A program made the position numbers and the translations under genes. A stretch of 64,000 nucleotides of DNA from a virus: IMG/VR virus record IMGVR_UViG_3300036402_000045, positions 25,783 to 89,782 of that record; one strand, 5' to 3'. The notes beneath the pieces were generated by a model, which was given only the letters and a program-made list of their open reading frames with translations, was not told where the DNA came from and did no database searches. How positions within the stretch are numbered: position 1 is the first letter of the stretch; each line of letters begins with the position of its first letter. Below, piece after piece: positions 8,972 to 16,835 of the stretch.

Positions 8972-9906
8972 GCACCCACGAACCGACGCTGAGGCTTGGA
9001 GTCCTTCCAGAGAACCCGCAGGTTCTTCCAGTCCTCCTTTGACATGACCCGCTTCGTGTCCTTCGAGTCGGTCGTAAGGATCTGCTGGAGACGCAGGAGC
9101 ACGGCGTTTTCGGAAACCGTTCCCTGCTCCATCGAACCGAGCCTGTAGCTCTTCGCAACCGACCGGCTGTAGCCGTTGCGGGCATCGTCCACGATCGCCA
9201 TGCACAGAGCGAGGTAGGTCTGAACCCGACGAGGGTTGACGCTGCCGTTGAACACTCTGAACTCAACCGTGCCGTGGACCCAGTAGGAGCGGTAGTTGAC
9301 GGCGTAGTAGCGGTCCAGGCTGTTCGCCCACGCCCGTCCGTAACGGCTGTGCCTTCCGCTCTGGCCGAGGACGCCACGCCCGTTGGCGGTGTGACCGTCC
9401 CAAACGTTCTTCAGTTCCTCGATGGTCCGCACCTTCATAATCTCGCGGGCCGTCGCCTCCGGAACCGGCTTGCAGTACGTCGAAGCTCCGGTGCGGATCG
9501 TGTTCCAACCGCTCGAAGCGATGCGGTAGATCGCGTCCTCGAACTTGTAGAAGAACCGAGCAATCGCCGCCATCTGCTTTCCGGTCAGCGGAGTGCCGTC
9601 GTAGTTCTTCGCCTCGATGTGAACGTGGATGCCCGTCGCTTGTGAAGGCCGCATCCCGGCGTCCTGGAGAGCCTGAACCGCCGTGGTGACTTGCGCCCGT
9701 TGCGCCGGATCATCGAAGTCCAGCGGAGGGGAAACAAGCTCACCACCGCGGCTCACGGAACCGTCGTACTTCATCATCCAATCGGTCGGATCGTTTCCGG
9801 TGTGGCGACGACGCTCATCCTTGACGCCAAGACCAGCGGCACGAAGCGAAGCAATCGCATCGTCCATGTCACCCTCGAACTCGATCTCGATTCCGAAACG
9901 TCGCAT
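8968..9906 (-). CDS. putative amidoligase (COOH-NH2 ligase, Amidoligase_2-like)
   Basis: FGIEIE, DGSV, ELVSPPL, GIHVH, RYYAVN, TVEFRVFNGS motifs. Confidence 0.9.
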   Translation of the reverse strand: MRRFGIEIEFEGDMDDAIASLRAAGLGVKDERRRHTGNDPTDWMMKYDGSVSRGGELVSPPLDFDDPAQRAQVTTAVQALQDAGMRPSQATGIHVHIEAKNYDGTPLTGKQMAAIARFFYKFEDAIYRIASSGWNTIRTGASTYCKPVPEATAREIMKVRTIEELKNVWDGHTANGRGVLGQSGRHSRYGRAWANSLDRYYAVNYRSYWVHGTVEFRVFNGSVNPRRVQTYLALCMAIVDDARNGYSRSVAKSYRLGSMEQGTVSENAVLLRLQQILTTDSKDTKRVMSKEDWKNLRVLWKDSKPQRRFVGA

Positions 9907-9948
9907 TGGCTCCCTTGCCTGTCCTTGTCGGCTCGTCCCGACAACCTC

Positions 9949-9977
9949 ATTGAATCAGAATGTTTCGGTGGTGTCAA
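9949..9977 (-). promoter_or_regulatory. sigma70-type promoter with operator-like spacer
   Basis: TTGACA-N17(ccaccgaaacattctga)-TTCAAT; extra TTCCGAA immediately upstream and CGTATCA at 10009-10015. Confidence 0.7.
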
Positions 9978-10113
9978 CCGATTTCCGAAAGTTTCTCGGT
10001 CCTCTTGTTGATACGTCAGACGCGCTCGCGGTGGTTTTTCCACCACTCCCGAACCAAGACAGATCCAATGCTTCCAATCCCCCATCCGAACATCACCAAC
10101 AGGATCTCCCGCA

Positions 10114-10341
10114 TCACGCGGTCACTTCCTCGAACTCATAGCAACCCTTCAGAAATCGGGAGACGGCAGCGCCGACTGATCCGACCGGGTTGGCGGCGAC
10201 CTGCGAGATGTTGAGGAACACGGACTCTGGAACATCGGCGTACCGATAGACCCGTCCATTGGCGAACGTGACGACGCAATCGGTCCCGTCATACTCGATG
10301 ACCTGCACGCTGGAACTGTTGGCGACGGTGATGGTGGGCAT
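10114..10341 (-). CDS. KTSC domain protein
   Basis: SSSVQVIEYD...VTFANGRVYRYADVP...SVG pattern. Confidence 0.8.
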   Translation of the reverse strand: MPTITVANSSSVQVIEYDGTDCVVTFANGRVYRYADVPESVFLNISQVAANPVGSVGAAVSRFLKGCYEFEEVTA

Positions 10342-10361
10342 AGCGACCTTTCGGAAAGTGG

Positions 10362-10673
10362 TTAGAAGGAGTAGTCGTGGAACTTGTGGCGACCAGGCAC
10401 CAAACGGGTTCCGGTGTGCATGGACTGACCGCGCTGGACCCACTTGCCGTTCGAGCGCAGCGTGAAGATGATCTTGCGACCGTTCTCGTCTCGCTCATAG
10501 CTGTAGCTCTGGTCTTCGCTCATCCCGTGCGTGTCGGTTCGAGTGGCGGTGTCCTGCTGCCACGTCACGGACTTGCGAGAGGGAGAAGCGCCCACGATGG
10601 TTCCGGCGTGACGGTCGGACCACATGCAGATCGTTGCGCCTTCCCCGATCACGAAGCTCTGAAGGGTTTCCAT
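10362..10673 (-). CDS. hypothetical phage protein (leaderless)
   Basis: METLQSFVIGEGATICMWSDRHAGTI...HDYSF; ATG 6 nt after a -10 box. Confidence 0.75.
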   Translation of the reverse strand: METLQSFVIGEGATICMWSDRHAGTIVGASPSRKSVTWQQDTATRTDTHGMSEDQSYSYERDENGRKIIFTLRSNGKWVQRGQSMHTGTRLVPGRHKFHDYSF

Positions 10674-10679
10674 GCCCTC

Positions 10680-10708
10680 AGTCAACATCACTTCAGAATG
10701 TTTGTCAA
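10680..10708 (-). promoter_or_regulatory. sigma70-type promoter with operator-like spacer
   Basis: TTGACA-N17(aacattctgaagtgatg)-TTGACT. Confidence 0.65.
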
Positions 10709-10754
10709 CAGGAAATCTCACGGAACGTTCGGAAGGTCGGCGTATCATCCGAAC

Positions 10755-10861
10755 ATGACGAAAGAGGCAGCCATGTAACCGCCGCCCGAAAGGGCGGATT
10801 TCCTCTCAGTAGTCAACGAAGGGCAGGCGACTTGGGTGCCACTCAATCCCTGCCCTTCGTC
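10755..10861 (+). other. structured leader or small RNA with a 7-codon uORF
   Basis: CGTATCA 10741-10747, N7, then ATG (MTKEAAM*, 10755-10778); GAAA-loop hairpin 10782-10797; 12-bp stem 10816-10827/10849-10860. Confidence 0.45.
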
Positions 10862-10902
10862 GCGTCTTGACACCGATCCGGTTAGCGCTCCTTCGGAAAG
10901 GC

Positions 10903-11055
10903 ATGAGACAAGACGACCAATCCATACGGGAGATCAAGCGCCGGTGGGAACGCGAGGCCAAGGAGATGACGGACGATGAACTGGTTCACCGCATCTACTC
11001 CCGAAGGGCCAACCAGTACGACCGGGCCGAGGCCAAGAAGCGGAATCTCGTATGA
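10903..11055 (+). CDS. small hypothetical protein
   Basis: MRQDDQSIREIKRRWE...; preceded by GGAAAGG. Confidence 0.55.
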   Translation: MRQDDQSIREIKRRWEREAKEMTDDELVHRIYSRRANQYDRAEAKKRNLV

Positions 11056-11208
11056 CCCGCCTTCTCTACCGTTTCGGCCAGGATACCGACTTCAGAAAGT
11101 TCTCCTAACTACCATATAGATAGTTAGTGGATTCGATCGTTCTTCCACTCGGTACTACGTAGCCCGCGGTTATCAAGATACGCAATACCTTGATGTGGAA
11201 AACCGCGT

Positions 11209-11586
11209 TCAAGCTCTCTTCCGTTTGGCCTCGGCTTTGGGACGCTCGTAGACGTGAACCAGAATGGCAACAATCTTTCCGTCTTCACGGACCTGTTCTC
11301 GTCGCACATAGCCACGCTCAACGAGTTCCTTCATGGCCGACCTGACCGAGAACTCTCCATCGGTCTTGGCTTTGGAAAGTTCCTCTACAAAGAAGTGCCA
11401 GTCATCCGGTCGGCTAAGCATGAACGCGAGCAAGCCCGTGGCTTTGAAGCTCAAGAGCGGATCACGCAGAGTGTCGTTCTCTATGCGTGTGTACGTCTCA
11501 TGCTTCTTGATTCGGTGGATGGTCTTCGAATCGAGCGTCATCTGTCTGACGGCAAGGGAACTGACCTTCTGATTCTTGGCTGTCAT
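11209..11586 (-). CDS. winged-HTH phage replication-initiator-like protein
   Basis: YTRIENDTLRDPLLSFKATGLLAFMLSRPDDW...SAMKELVERGY; RBS AGGAG. Confidence 0.8.
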   Translation of the reverse strand: MTAKNQKVSSLAVRQMTLDSKTIHRIKKHETYTRIENDTLRDPLLSFKATGLLAFMLSRPDDWHFFVEELSKAKTDGEFSVRSAMKELVERGYVRREQVREDGKIVAILVHVYERPKAEAKRKRA

Positions 11587-11771
11587 GTTGTATGCTCCTG
11601 CTTGGTATCGGGACAGGTGCCACCGTACACGGCCCCCACTATCCGAGCGCTCGTCGCTAACGGAGAAGGGGGCCGTGTCGCGTCTACCCTCGGCCACGGA
11701 GCCTGGTCGTTGTGTGTCCCGTAGCGACGGGATCAGCGACCGGCTCCACCTACTTTGCGTATCGTTGTGAT

Positions 11772-11912
11772 GCGGGAGGACTAAGAGCACACCGAGGCTC
11801 TGGCGAGCGCTTACAACACCAGGCCGAATCCATCGCTAGGCCAGGATGGAAGGCAAACACTCATCCCGGTAACGGGTTCGCTCAACGTCCAGAGATAGAG
11901 GCGTCCTCCCGC
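11772..11912 (+). ncRNA. candidate structured non-coding RNA (~141 nt)
   Basis: Perfect 10-bp terminal stem GCGGGAGGAC/GTCCTCCCGC; inner stems 11798-11803/11889-11894 and 11805-11809/11879-11883; starts 7 nt after CGTATCG (11758-11764). Confidence 0.6.
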
Positions 11913-11927
11913 TCTACACTTTCGGAT

Positions 11928-12098
11928 ATGCGGCGACAGAAGCTCGATCCGGATCTCAAGGCCAAGCTCAAGGCCGCACGTCTGCTTCGGAATGAGCGCC
12001 CGTCGTTAGGACTGAAAACCCGTCTACACGACGAGGTAGAGCGCAGACCCAACAGCCTTGACGATCCCGACACGACCGCAAGGGACGCTCTGGATTAG
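11928..12098 (+). CDS. small basic hypothetical protein
   Basis: MRRQKLDPDLKAKLKAARLLRNE... Confidence 0.45.
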   Translation: MRRQKLDPDLKAKLKAARLLRNERPSLGLKTRLHDEVERRPNSLDDPDTTARDALD

Positions 12099-12105
12099 CC
12101 GCCTG

Positions 12106-12112
12106 CGTATCA
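12106..12112 (+). promoter_or_regulatory. CGTATCA promoter-like element (leaderless dnaB)
   Basis: CGTATCA-N7-ATG with no RBS. Confidence 0.65.
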
Positions 12113-12119
12113 GGCATAT

Positions 12120-13394
12120 ATGACCGATCTCGACGGGGCGCTTGTCGCCTATGCCGTCCGTCGTCCGCTTGGGTTGACCGAGCTTCAGCGCGCTGGCATC
12201 ACAACTGAGTACCTGACCGATGACTATGCGAAGGCATGGGATTGGGTCAACCGCATGAAGCGCCAGCACGGTGCGATCCCTTCGCTTCGGGTCGTGCAGC
12301 AGCGCTATGCGGATCTCGATCTCACACCCGCTCGTCAACGAGACGTGCCGATGCTGGTTTCCGAAGTGAAGCAGCGGAAGAAGCTCATCGATTTCCACGA
12401 CGCAATCGAAAACGCTTCCTCTACCGCTCGATCGGTGGACGACATCGACCGTGCGCTCTCGCAGCTTCAGGCCCAACTCAACAGCCTCAACGTACAGGGG
12501 TTGGGCAACCAGTCGATCGTTGACCTGTTCAGCCGTTCCGCCAAACGACGGATGATGAAGGATCTGAAGCAGCGCCGGTCCGGGAAGATGATCGGCATCC
12601 CCACGGGGCTGAAGCGCTTCGACTTCGTGACGGGAGGACTCGTTTCCCGAAAGATGGTCGTCGTCATGGCGCGTACCGGCGTCGGCAAGTCATGGCTCAA
12701 CCTGCTCTTCGTTGCGAGCGCTGTCCTCAACGGCAACAAGGTCGTGCTCTATCCGTTGGAGATGACGCTGGAGGAAACGGCTCTTCGCCTCTACACGATC
12801 TTCAGCCAGAAGATGTTCCGAGGAAGCGACACTCTGAAGAACCTCGATCTGACGATGGGACGCTTCAGCCCTCGCAAGGTCGTGCGCCTGCTCAACATGC
12901 TGGAGGACAAGTACGAAGGTCAGTTGTTCGTGGCCGACGTTGCGAGCCTCAGCGATCCCTACACGCCCGAGCGGGTGGAGTCTGAAGTTGAGCTTTACAA
13001 GCCCGACATGTTCTGGGTCGATTACCTCACGCTCCTGAAGGCCCCGAACGGTCGCAGCGGTGCGGAGGACTACACATCGATCAAGGTGCTCTCCAACGCC
13101 ATCAAGGGGATCGCACAGCGACAGGGGTGTGTCGGTGGTGCATCGGCTCAGGTGAACCGCGACGCCATGAAGGTGCGAAGCTTCATCCCCCGTGTTGAGC
13201 ACATCAGCTACGGCGATTCCATCGGCCACGATGCGGATCAGATTCTTTCACTGGGGAGGAAGGATGAGCACCTTTACTACGGCCTCGTCAAGAACCGTGG
13301 CGGTCCCGAGATCGGGCGCACGCGCATGAAGGCGTTCTTCGATGAAGGACGTATCGAAGAGGACGAGCAACAGGAGTCCGAGGATGACGATTGA
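12120..13394 (+). CDS. dnaB: DnaB-like replicative helicase
   Basis: GIPTGL, ARTGVGKS (Walker A), LEM, VDYL, AQVNR, SIGHDAD, KNRGG. Confidence 0.92.
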   Translation: MTDLDGALVAYAVRRPLGLTELQRAGITTEYLTDDYAKAWDWVNRMKRQHGAIPSLRVVQQRYADLDLTPARQRDVPMLVSEVKQRKKLIDFHDAIENASSTARSVDDIDRALSQLQAQLNSLNVQGLGNQSIVDLFSRSAKRRMMKDLKQRRSGKMIGIPTGLKRFDFVTGGLVSRKMVVVMARTGVGKSWLNLLFVASAVLNGNKVVLYPLEMTLEETALRLYTIFSQKMFRGSDTLKNLDLTMGRFSPRKVVRLLNMLEDKYEGQLFVADVASLSDPYTPERVESEVELYKPDMFWVDYLTLLKAPNGRSGAEDYTSIKVLSNAIKGIAQRQGCVGGASAQVNRDAMKVRSFIPRVEHISYGDSIGHDADQILSLGRKDEHLYYGLVKNRGGPEIGRTRMKAFFDEGRIEEDEQQESEDDD

Positions 13395-13551
13395 GTTCAT
13401 GCGCTGTCCCTCCTGCAACAACGAGCACCTTAGGGATCATTGCGAAAGCCCGTCGTGCCCGTGGAAGAAGTGTCGCAACTGCAATGCGTACGGTCCCAAG
13501 TCACCGAATCCGAAAGTTCCGTGGCGTTCCGACAAGAAGGATGAACGATGA
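13384..13551 (+). CDS. small Cys-rich zinc-finger protein
   Basis: CPSC...HC...C...CRNC. Confidence 0.6.
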   Translation: MTIEFMRCPSCNNEHLRDHCESPSCPWKKCRNCNAYGPKSPNPKVPWRSDKKDER

Positions 13552-13802
13552 CCGGTCCCGATGAAGAGGCATTCCGTCAGCTTGCCAAGCAGGACACTCG
13601 GAAGTTCGTCATCACACAGGCGTTCGCGCACGGCTTCGTAACCCAAGTGATTCCGGTGATGACCCCAGACGGCGAGCACGAACAACAAATCCGCATCGAG
13701 GGGCCGTGGATGGAAGTCGGCTACTACGAGGAAGCTCTGTTCATCAAATCCTCAGCGATGCCCGCCTCAACGGTAGCGAAGTTCGAAGTGGTTTCCGAAT
13801 GA
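13548..13802 (+). CDS. hypothetical protein
   Basis: 84-aa coupled ORF with RBS. Confidence 0.65.
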   Translation: MTGPDEEAFRQLAKQDTRKFVITQAFAHGFVTQVIPVMTPDGEHEQQIRIEGPWMEVGYYEEALFIKSSAMPASTVAKFEVVSE

Positions 13803-14278
13803 AGCTCTTGGTCTGTGGCTCCCGTGATTGGGACGACGAGAACACCATCTGGTCGATCCTCGACGGCTACTACGAGAACGACACACTGGGCCACCTGACA
13901 GTCACGATGGCGTCGTTCACATTGATCGAAGGCGGGGCCAAGGGAGCGGACGCTTGCGCTCACCGATGGGCAAAGAACAGCCCGCTGCATTCGCACAACG
14001 AGCGACCTGATGATCCGGAGTTCCGTCACGTCACGGTCAATGCGAAGTGGGACGAGCATCATCCCAAGTGGTGTCCTTCGGACTGGTGCGCCGCGCGGGA
14101 CTACTGCGTTGGTGCCGGTCCTCGTCGCAACCAACGAATGATCGATCGACACAAGCCCGATCTCGTTCTCGCATTCAAGAACGGGTTCAACTGGAAGCTC
14201 AACAAGGGCGGCACCGAAGACATGGTTTCCCGCGCCATCGCAGCAGAGATCGATTACTACGTGATCGGAAGGAAGTAA
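13799..14278 (+). CDS. SLOG family (DUF2493/YspA-like) protein
   Basis: LLVCGSRDW, IEGGAKGAD, AGPRRNQRM, GGTEDM. Confidence 0.85.
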   Translation: MKLLVCGSRDWDDENTIWSILDGYYENDTLGHLTVTMASFTLIEGGAKGADACAHRWAKNSPLHSHNERPDDPEFRHVTVNAKWDEHHPKWCPSDWCAARDYCVGAGPRRNQRMIDRHKPDLVLAFKNGFNWKLNKGGTEDMVSRAIAAEIDYYVIGRK

Positions 14279-14985
14279 TGCCCCGCACCAAGCTCAAGGA
14301 GCATCCGGCTCCGTTCTCGAACGTCATCCTCGATCAGTTGCGGATCATGGTTGCCGCCGAACAAGAGCGCCGTCATGGATTTGGAATGTCTACCAACCTA
14401 AGACTTCTCGATCCGTTCGCTGGCATAGGGAAGATCCACAACATCGGCGGTCACGGAATCAAAACCGTAGGCGTAGAGCTTGAACCCGAATGGGCCGCAT
14501 GGCACGCTGCGACCATCGTTGGCAACGCTCTGGATCTGAAGTTCCGCAGACACAGCTTCGACATCATCGCGACCAGCCCGTGTTACGGAAACCGGATGGC
14601 CGACCACCACAACGCACAGGACGGCTCACACAGGCGTAGCTACAAGCACTACCTCGAACGTGACCCTTCTCCCATGAGCGCAGGGGTCATGTATTGGGGA
14701 GACGAGTACCGGGAGTTCCACACCGAAGTCGTCATCGAGCTTGACCGTGTGCTGCGCCCCGGTGGTCTGGTGCTCTGGAACATCTCCAACCACAAGAAGA
14801 CGATCAACAAGGGACAGCCCGCCGTAGAGCAGAAGGTCAGCGAGTGGTACATGGCGCTGTTCCTCGGCATGGGTTGGACCCTCCAAGAAGTGCGCCCGAT
14901 CAAGACGCCCCGCTACAAGTACGGATCGAATTCCGAAACCCGTACCGAGTTCGAGTTCATCATCGCCATGAGAAAGCCGTTCTAA
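14278..14985 (+). CDS. DNA amino-methyltransferase (N4C/N6A type)
   Basis: LLDPFAGIG (motif I), TSPCY (SPPY-like motif IV), RVLRPGG. Confidence 0.8.
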   Translation: MPRTKLKEHPAPFSNVILDQLRIMVAAEQERRHGFGMSTNLRLLDPFAGIGKIHNIGGHGIKTVGVELEPEWAAWHAATIVGNALDLKFRRHSFDIIATSPCYGNRMADHHNAQDGSHRRSYKHYLERDPSPMSAGVMYWGDEYREFHTEVVIELDRVLRPGGLVLWNISNHKKTINKGQPAVEQKVSEWYMALFLGMGWTLQEVRPIKTPRYKYGSNSETRTEFEFIIAMRKPF

Positions 14986-15351
14986 TTGCCCGACAACTAT
15001 CACTTCGACCTGACCGGCGTAGACCTAGAAACCTGCATGAAAATCGCGTTCGCCAACGCACCAGGAAACAAGGCAGAGGCGTGGAAAACAGAGGAAGAAG
15101 GAACGATTCTGATCCTTTGTTGGTCGAACGCAAGTAGCAACTGCAATCCCTTGCCTGCGCCCATGAACGCAGAAGACGCCGTTGCCTTTGTGCGGTCTTG
15201 GCTGCGGTCGGTTCCTTACCCGCCCCGACCAATGCACGACGGAGACAACCGACCAGGCCATCGCGTCTACAACGAGCAATGGGGTCATGTACGCGGCGGG
15301 CACTACGACTTCGTGGCGATCGAGCCGACTTGGCTCATGTACGGAAAGTAA
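14986..15351 (+). CDS. hypothetical phage protein
   Basis: 121-aa ORF ending PTWLMYGK. Confidence 0.65.
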   Translation: MPDNYHFDLTGVDLETCMKIAFANAPGNKAEAWKTEEEGTILILCWSNASSNCNPLPAPMNAEDAVAFVRSWLRSVPYPPRPMHDGDNRPGHRVYNEQWGHVRGGHYDFVAIEPTWLMYGK

Positions 15352-15356
15352 ACGGA

Positions 15357-15929
15357 ATGTTCCTGTCTGACCACGACATCATCGAAGCCGTCGCCACGGG
15401 TGCTCTTGAGATCACACCGTTCGACCCAGAGGCCGTCCAGCCTGCGTCTGTTGACCTGACGTTGGACGACAAGCTCTTGGTCTTTCACCACGACACGGTG
15501 CGGATCGACCCTCGCGAGGAAGTGCAGATGAAGAGCCTTCCGAAGCGTTTCCGAAACGCACCACCGGAGTTCATCCTGAAGCCGTTCCAGTTCGCTCTTG
15601 CGGCGACCCGAGAGAAGGTGTCGTTGGGTCCGGGACTCGTCGGAAGGCTCGAAGGCAAGTCGTCTCTCGGGCGTCTCGGGCTGACGAGCCACGTCACGGC
15701 GGGCTTCTTCGATCCGGGCTTCAGCGGATACGCAACGCTGGAGTTGTTCAACGCGAGCGGCAAGCCCTTCGTGCTCATCCCTGGCATGAAGATTTGCCAG
15801 ATGAGTTTTGCTCTCACGGTCACACCATCGGTCAACCCGTACGGCTCCGACAAGCTCACGTCGAAGTACCAGAATCAAGAGCGCGGTCCAAAGGGATCGC
15901 AGTACCACAAGAACTTCGAATCCAAGTGA
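15357..15929 (+). CDS. dcd: dCTP deaminase
   Basis: LSDHDI, QPASVDLTL, EGKSSLGRLGL, AGFFDPGFSG, TLELFN, SKYQNQ. Confidence 0.95.
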   Translation: MFLSDHDIIEAVATGALEITPFDPEAVQPASVDLTLDDKLLVFHHDTVRIDPREEVQMKSLPKRFRNAPPEFILKPFQFALAATREKVSLGPGLVGRLEGKSSLGRLGLTSHVTAGFFDPGFSGYATLELFNASGKPFVLIPGMKICQMSFALTVTPSVNPYGSDKLTSKYQNQERGPKGSQYHKNFESK

Positions 15930-16078
15930 GAAAGTTCCGATTCCACAACACCCGCGTTGACATCGAGATCGAAGCCGAAGACGCTTACGATGCTTGGCAA
16001 AAGTGGGGCAAGGAAAACCCCAAAGAAGCCGTCCACACCGTCATCTGTACCGACATCACGGAGGAAAATTCCGAATGA
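15926..16078 (+). CDS. small hypothetical protein
   Basis: GTGA-coupled ORF. Confidence 0.55.
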   Translation: MRKFRFHNTRVDIEIEAEDAYDAWQKWGKENPKEAVHTVICTDITEENSE

Positions 16079-16503
16079 AACCCACCATCGGCAGAATCGT
16101 CATCTACCGCACGGACGGTCGCAACGGTTTGATCTACGACCTGCCCGCGATCATCACCGTCACCAAAGACACGCATCCTGGTGACTACCCAGACGGCAGG
16201 CTCAACCCTTTGCCGGTCCCTGAGAGCGAAGATCATGTTCACCTGACGGTCTTCACGCCCGGTGGATTCGGAACGAGCATCCTTCCGTCCGGACCCGAAT
16301 GGCAGACGGAAGTGGCCGGAACCAAGATCGATATTCCGGTAGCCAACCCTTCGTCGGACCTGTTCCCTGACAGCAAGCAGCTTGTCCCTGGTTCGGGCAC
16401 CTACGTCGAACTCAATGTTCCGTTCTTCTTTCCCGACACGGACTCCAAGCATGAGTTCTTGGATATTCCCTCCCGTTCGTGGCGTTGGCCCGAGCGCGTC
16501 TGA
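16075..16503 (+). CDS. hypothetical phage protein
   Basis: MKPTIGRIVIY...PAIIT...HLTVF...WRWPERV. Confidence 0.75.
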   Translation: MKPTIGRIVIYRTDGRNGLIYDLPAIITVTKDTHPGDYPDGRLNPLPVPESEDHVHLTVFTPGGFGTSILPSGPEWQTEVAGTKIDIPVANPSSDLFPDSKQLVPGSGTYVELNVPFFFPDTDSKHEFLDIPSRSWRWPERV

Positions 16504-16835
16504 TGAAAGAGAACCTGAAGCAGTGGCAGGACAGCGCCGGAAGTTCGCTCCTTGACGTATCCGGATCAGCGACACAACCAATGTTGAAGATCCACGTCGA
16601 TGAAGTTCGGAAAAGCCTTCCGACCGCAGAGACGTTCCTTGTCCTTCGCATGGCTCCTGCCGCAACCGGAGGGATTGTCTCCTTCGAAAACAGCGTGGGC
16701 ACGATCCTGGCCCGACTCAACCCTGACGGCTCCACCTACTTCGATCCGAGCTACACGCCCGACGAAGCCGCGGAGGACTTCTGGCGCGCCCTCGGAGTCA
16801 TTGCCAGCTATTACACCGAAGTCACCGAGCGGTGA
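16503..16835 (+). CDS. hypothetical protein
   Basis: TGATG-coupled ORF. Confidence 0.65.
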   Translation: MKENLKQWQDSAGSSLLDVSGSATQPMLKIHVDEVRKSLPTAETFLVLRMAPAATGGIVSFENSVGTILARLNPDGSTYFDPSYTPDEAAEDFWRALGVIASYYTEVTER

